Below, one piece after another: positions 23,579 through 31,901 of a DNA stretch of 64,000 nucleotides (positions are counted from its first letter, which is position 1; each line of letters opens with the position of its first letter). The notes under the pieces are model-generated. The model saw nothing but the letters and a program-made list of their open reading frames with translations, did not search any database and had not been told where the DNA came from. Position numbers and translations under genes: made by a program. The stretch spans positions 384,001 to 448,000 of the forward strand of contig JASGJH010000001.1 of assembly GCA_047601445.1 (NCBI GenBank). Direction: 5' to 3'. This stretch comes from Myxococcales bacterium (GTDB lineage Bacteria > Myxococcota_A > Polyangia > Polyangiales > DASUME01).

Positions 23579-23631
23579 CAGTGCAGCAGGGCGAGGCTCG
23601 CTTCAGCGGGCGAGCACAGAGGGCGCAGACG

Positions 23632-24036
23632 TCAGGCGACGATTTCGAGCTTGCGCGGCATCTGCGGGCCGGCGCGCTCCTGGTCGATCTCTACGATGCG
23701 GTTTTTGCTGTCCACGAACACGACCTTGGGCTCGTGCTTGCGGGCCTCTTCGACGTCCATATCGCCGAAGGTGGCGATGATGCAGAGGTCGCCGGGCTTG
23801 TTGAGGTGGGCCGCCGCGCCGTTGATGCAGATGACGCCCGAGCCGCGGGGGCCACGCAACGCATAGGTCATTAGACGGGTACCCTGGGTGACGTTCCACA
23901 CGTGGACCGCCTCGTGCTCCAGGATGTCGGCCGCCTCCATGAGGTCGGTGTCGATGGTGACGCTGCCTTCGTACTCAAGGTCCGCATGGGTGATGGTCGC
24001 CCGGTGGATCTTGGACAGGAACATCTGCTTTCGCAT
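23632..24036 (-). CDS. panD: Aspartate 1-decarboxylase
   Basis: [17 protein letters not shown] cleavage site, TYA and INGAAAH; AGGAG SD. Confidence 0.97.
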   Translation of the reverse strand: MRKQMFLSKIHRATITHADLEYEGSVTIDTDLMEAADILEHEAVHVWNVTQGTRLMTYALRGPRGSGVICINGAAAHLNKPGDLCIIATFGDMDVEEARKHEPKVVFVDSKNRIVEIDQERAGPQMPRKLEIVA

Positions 24037-24049
24037 CGGTACTTCTCCT

Positions 24050-24087
24050 CTCCGTGGCGTCCCATCGTGGATGGGTACACCCGGAAG
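24050..24087 (-). ncRNA. Putative pan RNA motif (single stem, two bulged A) in the panD 5' UTR
   Basis: UUCCG-GGUGU-[A]-CCCAUC-CAC-GAUGGG-ACGCC-[A]-CGGAG, immediately followed by SD AGGAG. Confidence 0.75.
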
Positions 24088-24327
24088 CCTGTGCACCTGG
24101 ATCTAGAAAATCGCGCGCTCTGATTACTGGTATGTGGGCGGGAAGGCAACCGTTTTTGGGACGGCCTATCCGGCCACTCACATTGCTATAGCGTAGCGAG
24201 ACGATTACTGGACTGCAACGGGGTCCCGTGGGGTAGCGGGGCCCACACCTGACTAGCCCGGGGGAGCTAGAACGGGCGCGTTAGACGAGTCGTTTCTGAC
24301 GTTTAGCGAGCAATCCGCCAGTCGGTC

Positions 24328-25431
24328 TCAGAGCAGGGCGGCGCACGGCGCCGAGATGTCGACCGGGTGGATCTTGCCGTCTTGGACACCTTTGCAGGTG
24401 TCGCCGTTCAGCTTGACGATGTTCTTGTCGAGCGACCACCCGTTGCTGTCCCCGGCCGCCACGTCCTGCCCGTCGATGTTCACGGTCACGGCGCTGGGGT
24501 CCTGGGGCTCGCCGATCAGCGAGAACTGGCAGGGCGTCGTCGCGCCCGAAATCGCGCGCAGGGCATCCTCGAGCTCCTTGCCGTTGGTGACCGGGATGTA
24601 CTTCTTCGTGCCGCCCCGCATCGCGAAGCCGTCCATCGTGGCGGCTGCCGTGGTGACGTCGTAGCCGACCACGAAGGTCTTGATGTCGGCCTTGAGGAGG
24701 GCGTCGATGGCGGCGTTGGTCATGTCCACGGCGCCCTGGGTGCTCACGGCTTCCTCGCCGGCGCCACCGCCGCAGGTCGGCTCGCCGTCGGTCACGAGCA
24801 ACACGTAGCCAGGCGCGAGGAACGAGTCGACGTCGTTGGGGCGCGCGTTGAAGATGGCGAGGGCCTGCTTCAGTGCGCCGGCCGTGGGCGTATACGAGAG
24901 GTTCAGCAGGCTGCCCGGAGGATTGGCGTCGAGGGCCGAGCCGATCTTGCCGCTGGTCTTGGGGCCGATCGGGACTTCAGGCTTGGTCGGCACGTTGCAG
25001 CCGTTGCTCTTGCTGTCGGGGAACAGCAGCATGCCGAAGTTCACCACTTCATCGAGTCCCTTGGTGGCGGACTTGAGCGCCATCACCGAAGGATCCCAGC
25101 GCACGGTGCCGAGGCTCCCGCTGAGCGACAGGCCCGACATGCTGGAGGAGCGATCCTGGACGATGAGGATGTCCGGGGGAATCGGCTGCGCCTTCACGAT
25201 GAGGCCATCGCAGCCGTTCATGTGCTCGGTGCTGTCTCCGTCGCCGCTTCCCACGTCGCCGTCGCCGCTTCCATCGTCACCGTCACCGTCGCCATCGCCG
25301 TCACCATCGCCATCACCATCACCTTCACCGGTGCCGGGCTGTTGGGAGCCGTACGTGCTCGGCGGTTCACTGCTGCAAGCCGTTAGAGCGAGACCCATGA
25401 GCAAGGACAAGAACGCTGGGGAGCGGAGCAT
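24328..25431 (-). CDS. vWA-domain lipoprotein of myxobacterial type
   Basis: Lipobox LTAC, Gly-Asp linker, MIDAS DRSSSM...TPT...LVTDG, C-terminal Cys pairs. Confidence 0.88.
   Translation of the reverse strand: MLRSPAFLSLLMGLALTACSSEPPSTYGSQQPGTGEGDGDGDGDGDGDGDGDDGSGDGDVGSGDGDSTEHMNGCDGLIVKAQPIPPDILIVQDRSSSMSGLSLSGSLGTVRWDPSVMALKSATKGLDEVVNFGMLLFPDSKSNGCNVPTKPEVPIGPKTSGKIGSALDANPPGSLLNLSYTPTAGALKQALAIFNARPNDVDSFLAPGYVLLVTDGEPTCGGGAGEEAVSTQGAVDMTNAAIDALLKADIKTFVVGYDVTTAAATMDGFAMRGGTKKYIPVTNGKELEDALRAISGATTPCQFSLIGEPQDPSAVTVNIDGQDVAAGDSNGWSLDKNIVKLNGDTCKGVQDGKIHPVDISAPCAALL
25234..25330 (-). repeat. Coding (Gly-Asp)n hexamer repeat
   Basis: GGYGAY tandem units encoding GEGDGDGDGDGDGDGDGDDGSGDGD. 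Confidence 0.9.
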
Positions 25432-25447
25432 CGGACACCTCATTCCA

Positions 25448-25463
25448 AGCAAAGCGTGGGCCG
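25448..25463 (-). promoter_or_regulatory. Possible sigma54 (-24/-12) promoter of the vWA gene
   Basis: Minus strand CGGCCCACGCTTTGCT gives GG-N10-GC with TTGCT. Confidence 0.4.
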
Positions 25464-25751
25464 GAAGCAGCCGCAGACGGACACCTTCAGTGACCGCCGC
25501 GAACCCTTTGAATGACGGCCAGACCGCTTCCTGATGCTCGCTAGCTATCACGAGGGTTCGGGCCGACGCCTCAGAAATGCTGTGAACTTGTGCGCAGAAC
25601 TCTCAAATTGAGCCCTGCGGAGAAGCTTCGTGCGTCCGCGGACGCAGCTTGCGTGTAGTTTCGCAACCGCGTGAAAGTGGGCTTCGTGCGGGCAGCGGTG
25701 AGCTGCGGATCAAGGCCCTGATTTCGAGCGTCAATCGAGGTGGACGCCTGC

Positions 25752-25777
25752 AAAGCGAAGTTCCTCGCGAGAGGAAC
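25752..25777 (-). terminator. Putative intrinsic terminator after the small ORF
   Basis: GTTCCTC-TCGC-GAGGAAC then TTCGCTTT on the minus strand. Confidence 0.6.
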
Positions 25778-25783
25778 CGAACG

Positions 25784-26017
25784 TCAGTGGGCGGCGACCA
25801 CGGCGGGCGCGACGGGTGCGACCCGCACACGCTCCTCACGTACGAGCTGCAGCATCGACTCCTGCTCCATGATGCCCGCGTCGAGTAGCGCCGCCATGTA
25901 GCCGTCGGCATAGCCGTGGGCGCGCGAGAGCTTTGCGTATGCTCCGCCTTCGAAGCGCGCGGTGACTACGGCGCGCAGTAGGCGACGCAGGGTATTCATG
26001 AGTTCCTCTTTCGCCAT
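25784..26017 (-). CDS. Small hypothetical protein (77 aa)
   Basis: AGGAG SD, GC3-rich codons, RAHGYADGYM motif, downstream terminator. Confidence 0.8.
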   Translation of the reverse strand: MAKEELMNTLRRLLRAVVTARFEGGAYAKLSRAHGYADGYMAALLDAGIMEQESMLQLVREERVRVAPVAPAVVAAH

Positions 26018-26144
26018 GATCGTTGCTCCTCGAGCCCGGGGTCGCGGAGCGCTTCAGGGCGTGCTCGGCGCGCAGGTCGTTGGCTTGTTTTCGAGGAACT
26101 GTCGATCTTCGTCAAAAAAGCTGTATACCTTGCCCTACATCCAG

Positions 26145-26227
26145 GCCGGGGTGGCGAAATGGCAAACGCGGGCGACTTAAAATCGCCGGCCGGCGACGGC
26201 ATGCGGGTTCGAGTCCCGCCCTCGGCA
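26145..26227 (+). tRNA. tRNA-Leu (anticodon TAA), CCA not encoded
   Basis: Acceptor GCCGGGG/CCTCGGC+A, D-loop TGG, anticodon arm GGCGA-CTTAAAA-TCGCC, long variable arm, T-loop GGTTCGAGTCC. Confidence 0.97.
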
Positions 26228-26308
26228 CTCAATCCTTACGCACCCCACCGCGGAAAAGCGGGCCTTGGTCGTTGGCCACCAGTTATCAGGTCAGACCGGG
26301 GCCTGCGG

Positions 26309-27184
26309 TTACGCGCCTTCGACGGGCAGGTAGCGACTCACCAGCAAGCTCAGCTTCTCACGGGCCTGGGGGCTGACGCGGTTGCGATCGGTGATGAGCG
26401 CGTGCGCTAAGGCGTTGCTCGCGGGGCTCGTGCTGGGGTCGGGCCAGGCTTCGATGCTCGCCAGGATGCGCCGGGCCGTGGCGACGTTGCGTTGCATGAC
26501 TTCGACCACGTGGGCCACGGAGACGTCGGCCTCCTCCTCGTGCCAGCAGTCGAAGTCCGTGACCAGGGCCAGGCTTGCGTAGGGCAGCTCGGCTTCTCGG
26601 GCGAGGCGTGCTTCGGGTAGGTTGGTCATGCCGATCACGTGGGCCCCCCAGCTGCGATAGAGCATGGACTCGGCTCGCGTGGAGAACTGCGGACCCTCCA
26701 TGCACACGTAGGTCCCGCCGCGGTGCACCCGGGCCCCGGCGCGCTCGCCGGCCTGGGCGAGGCAATCGCTGAGGGCCGGGTCCGTGGGATCGGCCAGGCT
26801 GACGTGGGCGACCAGGCCGTCGTCCTCGAAAAAGGTGTCGGTGCGGCTCTTGGTGCGGTCGATGTACTGGTCCACCGCCACCAGGTCACCCGGTCGCATG
26901 TGCTCCTGGAGCGAGCCCACCGCCGAGATGCTCACCAGCTGCTGGGCGCCGACCAGCTTGAGCGCATAGATGTTGGCCCGATAGTTGATGCGATGGGGCG
27001 GGATCAGGTGGCCCCGGCCGTGGCGCGGCATGAAGTAGAAGCGGGTATCGCCGAGCGTCCCCATGACGACCTGGTCGGAAGCGTCCCCGAACGGGGTGCG
27101 CACGTATTGCTCGCGCACGTCCGTCAGGCCTTCCATCGCATAGAGCCCGCTGCCACCGATCACGCCGATGTGGTGCTTGGTCAC
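26309..27184 (-). CDS. mtnP: S-methyl-5'-thioadenosine phosphorylase
   Basis: Motifs IGGSGLY, RHGRGH, INYRANI, MEGPQFSTRAES, GMT and VTDFDCW. Confidence 0.95.
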   Translation of the reverse strand: MTKHHIGVIGGSGLYAMEGLTDVREQYVRTPFGDASDQVVMGTLGDTRFYFMPRHGRGHLIPPHRINYRANIYALKLVGAQQLVSISAVGSLQEHMRPGDLVAVDQYIDRTKSRTDTFFEDDGLVAHVSLADPTDPALSDCLAQAGERAGARVHRGGTYVCMEGPQFSTRAESMLYRSWGAHVIGMTNLPEARLAREAELPYASLALVTDFDCWHEEEADVSVAHVVEVMQRNVATARRILASIEAWPDPSTSPASNALAHALITDRNRVSPQAREKLSLLVSRYLPVEGA

Positions 27185-27211
27185 TTCGTCCCTCTCCGCT
27201 GAGTGCGGCTA

Positions 27212-27631
27212 TTATTCGCCGGCGCGCTCATACGGCATGCGCTTGATGCGCATTTTCAGGGTCTCTTCGCCCCGGAGCACCACCAGGTCCACATAGCTCC
27301 CCACCTCCCCGGTGAGCAGGTCGTGGACCTGTACCTGGGTCAGCCCGGCGGTCGGCTTGCCATCGATGGCCAGGACCCGGTCGTCCGGGAGGAGGCCCGC
27401 CTCGGCCGCCGTTCCGTCCGGCGGGACCTCGATCACCCGTACACCTCGGGGCGACCAGGCCAGATTGGCGTGAATTCCGCCGGCCCAGTTGGGTCTGCCA
27501 CAGGCGGCGAGGATCGCCCACAAGGCCAGGGTGAAAGCCGCGGGCCAGACCGAGTATTTTCTCGGCGCAGAAGCATTTTCTTCGGCTGGCTCGCGGTTTC
27601 GATTCCGAGATGGGAGGGAGGAAGGCTGCAT
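27212..27631 (-). CDS. PDZ-domain lipoprotein
   Basis: LAAC lipobox; AAEAGLLPDDRVLAIDG PDZ motif. Start uncertain. Confidence 0.8.
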   Translation of the reverse strand: MQPSSLPSRNRNREPAEENASAPRKYSVWPAAFTLALWAILAACGRPNWAGGIHANLAWSPRGVRVIEVPPDGTAAEAGLLPDDRVLAIDGKPTAGLTQVQVHDLLTGEVGSYVDLVVLRGEETLKMRIKRMPYERAGE

Positions 27632-27680
27632 GGCGGCTAAGTGTGCGTGGACGCAAAAGGATGCGGTATGACGCTGAACG

Positions 27681-27718
27681 TTGACACCCCAACCCTGTTC
27701 TGTACCATCGTTGTTACT
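27681..27718 (+). promoter_or_regulatory. sigma70-like promoter with overlapping GTACCA-N4-TGTTAC inverted repeat
   Basis: TTGACA-N16-TACCAT; TGTACCATCGTTGTTACT at 27701-27718. Confidence 0.6.
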
Positions 27719-27758
27719 GTTCAGCCCCCCCTAGGGGAGAGTCGGATCGCCGCGACCG

Positions 27759-29465
27759 ATGTACAAGCTCGTCATCTCTGACGACGAAGGGAAAACCATC
27801 ATCGTTCCCCTCGTCCGCGACCTGATCACGGTCGGCAGACAAGATGGGAACACGATTCGCTTGACCGAGCGCAACGTGTCGCGTCAGCACGCGCGCCTCG
27901 TTAAGTCGGAGTCCGGCTATCGCATCGAAGATCTCGAGTCCTACAACGGCGTGAGCATCAACGGCTCACGCATCGCGAAGGCTCACGAGTTGAAGGATGG
28001 CGATCGGGTCGGCATCGGTGACTACGTCATCGCGCTCAAGGCCGAAGCCGATCTCGCCGTGGAGACGCCGCCGGTCCCCGCGCGGCCCTCGGCGCCCGCC
28101 GGGGTGGTCAACTCACCCCCGGCGCGCCTGGTGATGGTTTCCGCACCGGCGCCAGGCGCCGAGTTCTCCATCGCCAAGGCCCTGGTTCGAATCGGCCGGC
28201 TCGAGGAGCTCGATCTCTGCATCAGCCATCGTTCCATCTCGCGTGAGCACGCGCGGGTGACCCAGAAGGAAGGCAGCTTCGAGATCGAGGATCTCCAGAG
28301 TGCCAACGGCGTCCGGGTCAACGGCAGCAGCGTCAAGCGCAGCGCGCTGCGCTCGGGAGACGTGGTCGAGCTCGGCCAAGTCCGCTTCCGCTTCGTGGGG
28401 TCGGGCGAGGCCTACACCTTCGATCCAGCCGAAGAAGAGCAGATTGCCGCGCCCCAGGCGCGTGGCCTCGGACCCGAGAAGCGCACGGTCGCCGTCATCG
28501 TCGTGACCGCAGCGGTGGTCGGTGGAGCGCTGGCCTGGCTCGGGGAGGGTGGCCGACAGGCCGGGGCAGCCAACGTGGCGCAGCCCGAGACCACCACCAC
28601 ACCCGTGGAGACGATGGGCACGGCCCCGGTTCCGGCCCAACCGACGGCGGCCGCCCCTGAACAACCGGAGGCCCAGACGCAGGCCCTGCTGGCTGCGGCC
28701 CTCGAGGGGTGCCGCACCATGCTTGCCGCCGAGCGCTTCGATGATGCGCTTCGGGCCGCTCAGAGCGGGCTCACGGTTTCGCCGCGCGATGCCGATCTCA
28801 ACTCGTGCCGACTCCAGGCCGATGAGGCGCTGCGCGCGCAATCAGCCTATGAACAGGGCAAGAAGGCGCTGTCCGAGAACAAGTTGGACGATGCTTACTT
28901 CCTGTTTGCAGGCATCCCCGAGGGCAATCCTTACCGTCTCAAGCCCGACGTGACCCAGACCATGCAGCGCGTGGCCATGGGGCGCTTGAGCCAGGCGCGG
29001 AAGTCCCTGAAGAGCAATCCGGCCGAGGCGCGGCGCCTCGCGACCTCGGTGCTCGACATGTACGGACTCACCACCGCCATGGTGGACGACGCGAACCACA
29101 TCCTCGCGATTTCCGGTCGTCCCGCAGGTGCCCCTGCGGCAGCTGCCGCTCCGCGCACGGCGCGTCCTGCGACGCCCAGCACTAGCGCCGAGCCGAAGCC
29201 CACCGAGGCGGCCCCGACCACGGAGGCTGAAAGCCCCGCCAAATTGGCCCGAAATTGCCTGGCACGCGGCGATCAACGCTGCGCGGTGCGGGCGCTCGAA
29301 GGGCACGCCGAGAACTCGCAAGAGCTGGCCCTGCTCATCGAGACCTACCGAGCACTCGGTGAGACGAAGAAGGCGGTGCGCCACATGGAAAACTTTGTGG
29401 CTCGCTATCCGACAGCTCGTCAGACGCCGCAATACAAGCAGTTCATGACCAAGCACGAAGAGTGA
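27759..29465 (+). CDS. Double-FHA membrane protein with extracytoplasmic TPR-like region
   Basis: Two FHA domains (VGR..VSRQHA..SYNGV; IGR..ISREHA..SANGV), one TM helix, helical C-terminus. Confidence 0.9.
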   Translation: MYKLVISDDEGKTIIVPLVRDLITVGRQDGNTIRLTERNVSRQHARLVKSESGYRIEDLESYNGVSINGSRIAKAHELKDGDRVGIGDYVIALKAEADLAVETPPVPARPSAPAGVVNSPPARLVMVSAPAPGAEFSIAKALVRIGRLEELDLCISHRSISREHARVTQKEGSFEIEDLQSANGVRVNGSSVKRSALRSGDVVELGQVRFRFVGSGEAYTFDPAEEEQIAAPQARGLGPEKRTVAVIVVTAAVVGGALAWLGEGGRQAGAANVAQPETTTTPVETMGTAPVPAQPTAAAPEQPEAQTQALLAAALEGCRTMLAAERFDDALRAAQSGLTVSPRDADLNSCRLQADEALRAQSAYEQGKKALSENKLDDAYFLFAGIPEGNPYRLKPDVTQTMQRVAMGRLSQARKSLKSNPAEARRLATSVLDMYGLTTAMVDDANHILAISGRPAGAPAAAAAPRTARPATPSTSAEPKPTEAAPTTEAESPAKLARNCLARGDQRCAVRALEGHAENSQELALLIETYRALGETKKAVRHMENFVARYPTARQTPQYKQFMTKHEE

Positions 29466-29642
29466 GGCCTCGGCCCCTCTGCATGTTGAGCATGGTGCGC
29501 GTGCTCCTGGCGACCGGTCCAGCCACTGCGTGTTCGCGCGGCTCAGGTGACGAACGCCGGAAGGCCTGAAAACGGGCTGCTTCAGGACCACATCGGTGGC
29601 GTGTCTTTTCGCGTCGCAAACGAGTCCGAGCGCTCGACTTCG

Positions 29643-29669
29643 TTGACATAAGTAACATGCGTTGTTACT
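29643..29669 (+). promoter_or_regulatory. TTGACA -35 box followed by perfect AGTAACA-N5-TGTTACT inverted repeat
   Basis: CGTTGACATAAGTAACATGCGTTGTTACT upstream of the OmpA gene. Confidence 0.65.
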
Positions 29670-29710
29670 CAAGCTCACACTCCGTGGCTATCTCGCCAGG
29701 AAGGAAACGG

Positions 29711-31783
29711 ATGGCCCGCGCCCTCTGTCGTCAGAGTCTCGAATCATCGCTCGTGCGCTCGACAGCGCGCTTCGACAGCGCTCGCGCGCTTGGATTCGCC
29801 CGTTGGTTGCTGCTGGTGCTCGTTCTCGCACCGGCCTTTGTCCTGGCCACTGGCCGCGCTTCTACGGCGCACGCTCAGGAGCTCACCAAAGGAGGCTTCA
29901 ACCTGAGATTGTTCCGCCCTGCGGTGGACTCCAAGGGCCTCGCCTCGGTGAACGGCACCGATATCCTCGGCCACAAGAGCTACAGCTTCGGCCTGATCGT
30001 CGACGGTGCGTTCCACCTGGTGCCCTATCAGGGGTACGAGAACGACAAGAAGACGCTGGCCACCAAGGCCGATCGCACGCACTTCCTGGTCGACCAGTAC
30101 TTCACTGGCGTTCTGCACTTCAACTACGGCTTGTTCAACCGCGTGGTGGTCGGCGCCCAGCTGCCCATCATCATCGCGTCCGGCCAGAACGTGCAGGCGC
30201 CCGACCAGTACAACGTGGCCGCTTCGGGTGGCCTCGGGTACCAGGGCATCGGCAACCTGGTGCTGCACGCCAAGTGGCGCATCCTGCGCATGGAGTCGGC
30301 CCCGGTTGGCCTGGCGGCCATCATGCAGGTCGGCATGCCCACGGGTAGCCCGGAGTCCTTCGCCGGCGATCCCGGCTGGATGTTCTGGCCCGAGTTGGTG
30401 CTCGGCTATCGCCCCCACCGCATCCTGCGCTTGAACGCGGAAGCTGGCTACCGTGCGGTCACCGGCACCGGTGCCACCATCAACTTCAACCGCCGCACCG
30501 TGCCAACCGGCGAGGCCCTGGTCGGCATGCCCAACGCCACCAATGCGGTGGTGACCGAGAACGGCACGCCCGTCACCTACAACAGCCACTTCACCTACGG
30601 CGCTGGTCTCGCTCTACGCGTGTCCCCCGCCGTCGACGTGATCTTCGAGGGTTACGGCAACTCCATCGTGGCTTCGCCCAAGTCCACGGCCACCGAGCTG
30701 CTGGCGGGCCTGAAGATCTTCGTTCAGGAGAACAGCTACCTGATGTTGGCGGGCGCCTGCGGCAATGCTTGCATGCCCCTCGACGGCTTCGACCAGCCTG
30801 ATTATCGCTTCGTGCTCGGCTTCATCTTCGAGCCCTCCATCGGAGACCGCGATGGCGACGGCTACAAGGACGACGTCGATCACTGCCCCGACGATCCCGA
30901 AGACTTCGATGACTTCGAGGACAAGGAAGGCTGCCCCGATCCCGACAACGATCAGGATGGCATCCTCGACGTCGACGACGAGTGCCCGTTGGTCCCCGAG
31001 GACCACGACGGCGACGCGGACTACGACGGCTGCCCCGAGGGCGACGACGCGGACCGCGATGGCGATGGCATCCTCGACAGCGTGGACCAGTGCCCCGACG
31101 ACCCGGAGGACCTCGATGGCTTCCAGGACGAAGACGGCTGCCCGGATCCGGACAACGACAAGGACGGCATCCTCGACGTGGATGACCTGTGCCCGAACGA
31201 TCCCGAGGACAAGGACGGCTTCAAGGACAAGGACGGCTGCCCGGATCCGGACAACGATCAGGACCGCATCCTCGACGTGAACGACTCCTGCCCGAACGAC
31301 CCCGAGACCTACAACGGCTTCGAGGACAAGGACGGCTGCCCGGACCGCGGCTCGGTCATCATCGAAGAGAACCAGATCGTGATTCTGGAGAAGATCTACT
31401 TCGAGACCGACAGCGCCGAGATCCAGCACCGCAGCTATCCCATCATCGATGCGGTGGCGGCCACCCTCATCGGCAACCCGCAGATCTCGCTCATCGAGAT
31501 CCAGGGCCACGCCGACGAGCGCTCGAGCGACGAGTACAACGTACGCCTCACCCGCGACCGTGCGGCGGCTGTGCTCGAAGCCCTGAACCAGCGTGGCGTC
31601 GACCGCCGTCGTATGCGCAGCGCGGGCTACGGTGAGCGCTGCCCGATCGACCCCTCGCACAACGAACCGGCCTGGGAGAAGAACCGCCGCGTGGAGTTCA
31701 AGATCCTCGAGACCGAGGAAGGACCCACGGGCGTGGAAGTGGTCTGCCCGGCTGGCCGCGACTTGATGCCCAAGAGCAAGTGA
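29711..31783 (+). CDS. Outer-membrane beta-barrel + thrombospondin type-3 repeats + OmpA peptidoglycan-binding domain
   Basis: Signal peptide (AHA-Q), amphipathic beta strands, DxDxDG..D.CP repeats, IQGHAD...NRRVEF. Confidence 0.93.
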   Translation: MARALCRQSLESSLVRSTARFDSARALGFARWLLLVLVLAPAFVLATGRASTAHAQELTKGGFNLRLFRPAVDSKGLASVNGTDILGHKSYSFGLIVDGAFHLVPYQGYENDKKTLATKADRTHFLVDQYFTGVLHFNYGLFNRVVVGAQLPIIIASGQNVQAPDQYNVAASGGLGYQGIGNLVLHAKWRILRMESAPVGLAAIMQVGMPTGSPESFAGDPGWMFWPELVLGYRPHRILRLNAEAGYRAVTGTGATINFNRRTVPTGEALVGMPNATNAVVTENGTPVTYNSHFTYGAGLALRVSPAVDVIFEGYGNSIVASPKSTATELLAGLKIFVQENSYLMLAGACGNACMPLDGFDQPDYRFVLGFIFEPSIGDRDGDGYKDDVDHCPDDPEDFDDFEDKEGCPDPDNDQDGILDVDDECPLVPEDHDGDADYDGCPEGDDADRDGDGILDSVDQCPDDPEDLDGFQDEDGCPDPDNDKDGILDVDDLCPNDPEDKDGFKDKDGCPDPDNDQDRILDVNDSCPNDPETYNGFEDKDGCPDRGSVIIEENQIVILEKIYFETDSAEIQHRSYPIIDAVAATLIGNPQISLIEIQGHADERSSDEYNVRLTRDRAAAVLEALNQRGVDRRRMRSAGYGERCPIDPSHNEPAWEKNRRVEFKILETEEGPTGVEVVCPAGRDLMPKSK
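30845..31345 (+). repeat. Coding TSP3-like Ca-binding repeats (about 33 aa units)
   Basis: Repeated D(N/R)DxDGILDxxDxCPxDPEDxDGFxDxDGCP. Confidence 0.9.
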
Positions 31784-31817
31784 GGGGTGGGCCTCCGGGG
31801 CCCCTCGCACGCACCCT

Positions 31818-31866
31818 AGAGACCCGCGTTCTGCCCGCCTGCCGGGGCCGGAATGCGGGTTTCTTC
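31818..31866 (+). terminator. Putative terminator after the OmpA gene
   Basis: ACCCGCGTTC...GAATGCGGGT stem followed by TTCTT. Confidence 0.5.
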
Positions 31867-31901
31867 GTGCCGGGCGGGGCGGTTGGTACCCTCGGTGATC
31901 C

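Noticed and set aside
26228..26310. Possible integration site at tRNA-Leu
   Set aside because: No integrase, no duplicated tRNA 3' end noticed, and housekeeping mtnP follows directly.
30845..31345. Regularly spaced repeats that might suggest a CRISPR array
   Set aside because: They are in-frame TSP3 coding repeats with synonymous variation, no unique spacers and no cas genes.
29711..31783. Calling this gene traB
   Set aside because: The domain order fits, but no traA-like gene is adjacent and myxobacteria have many such OmpA proteins.
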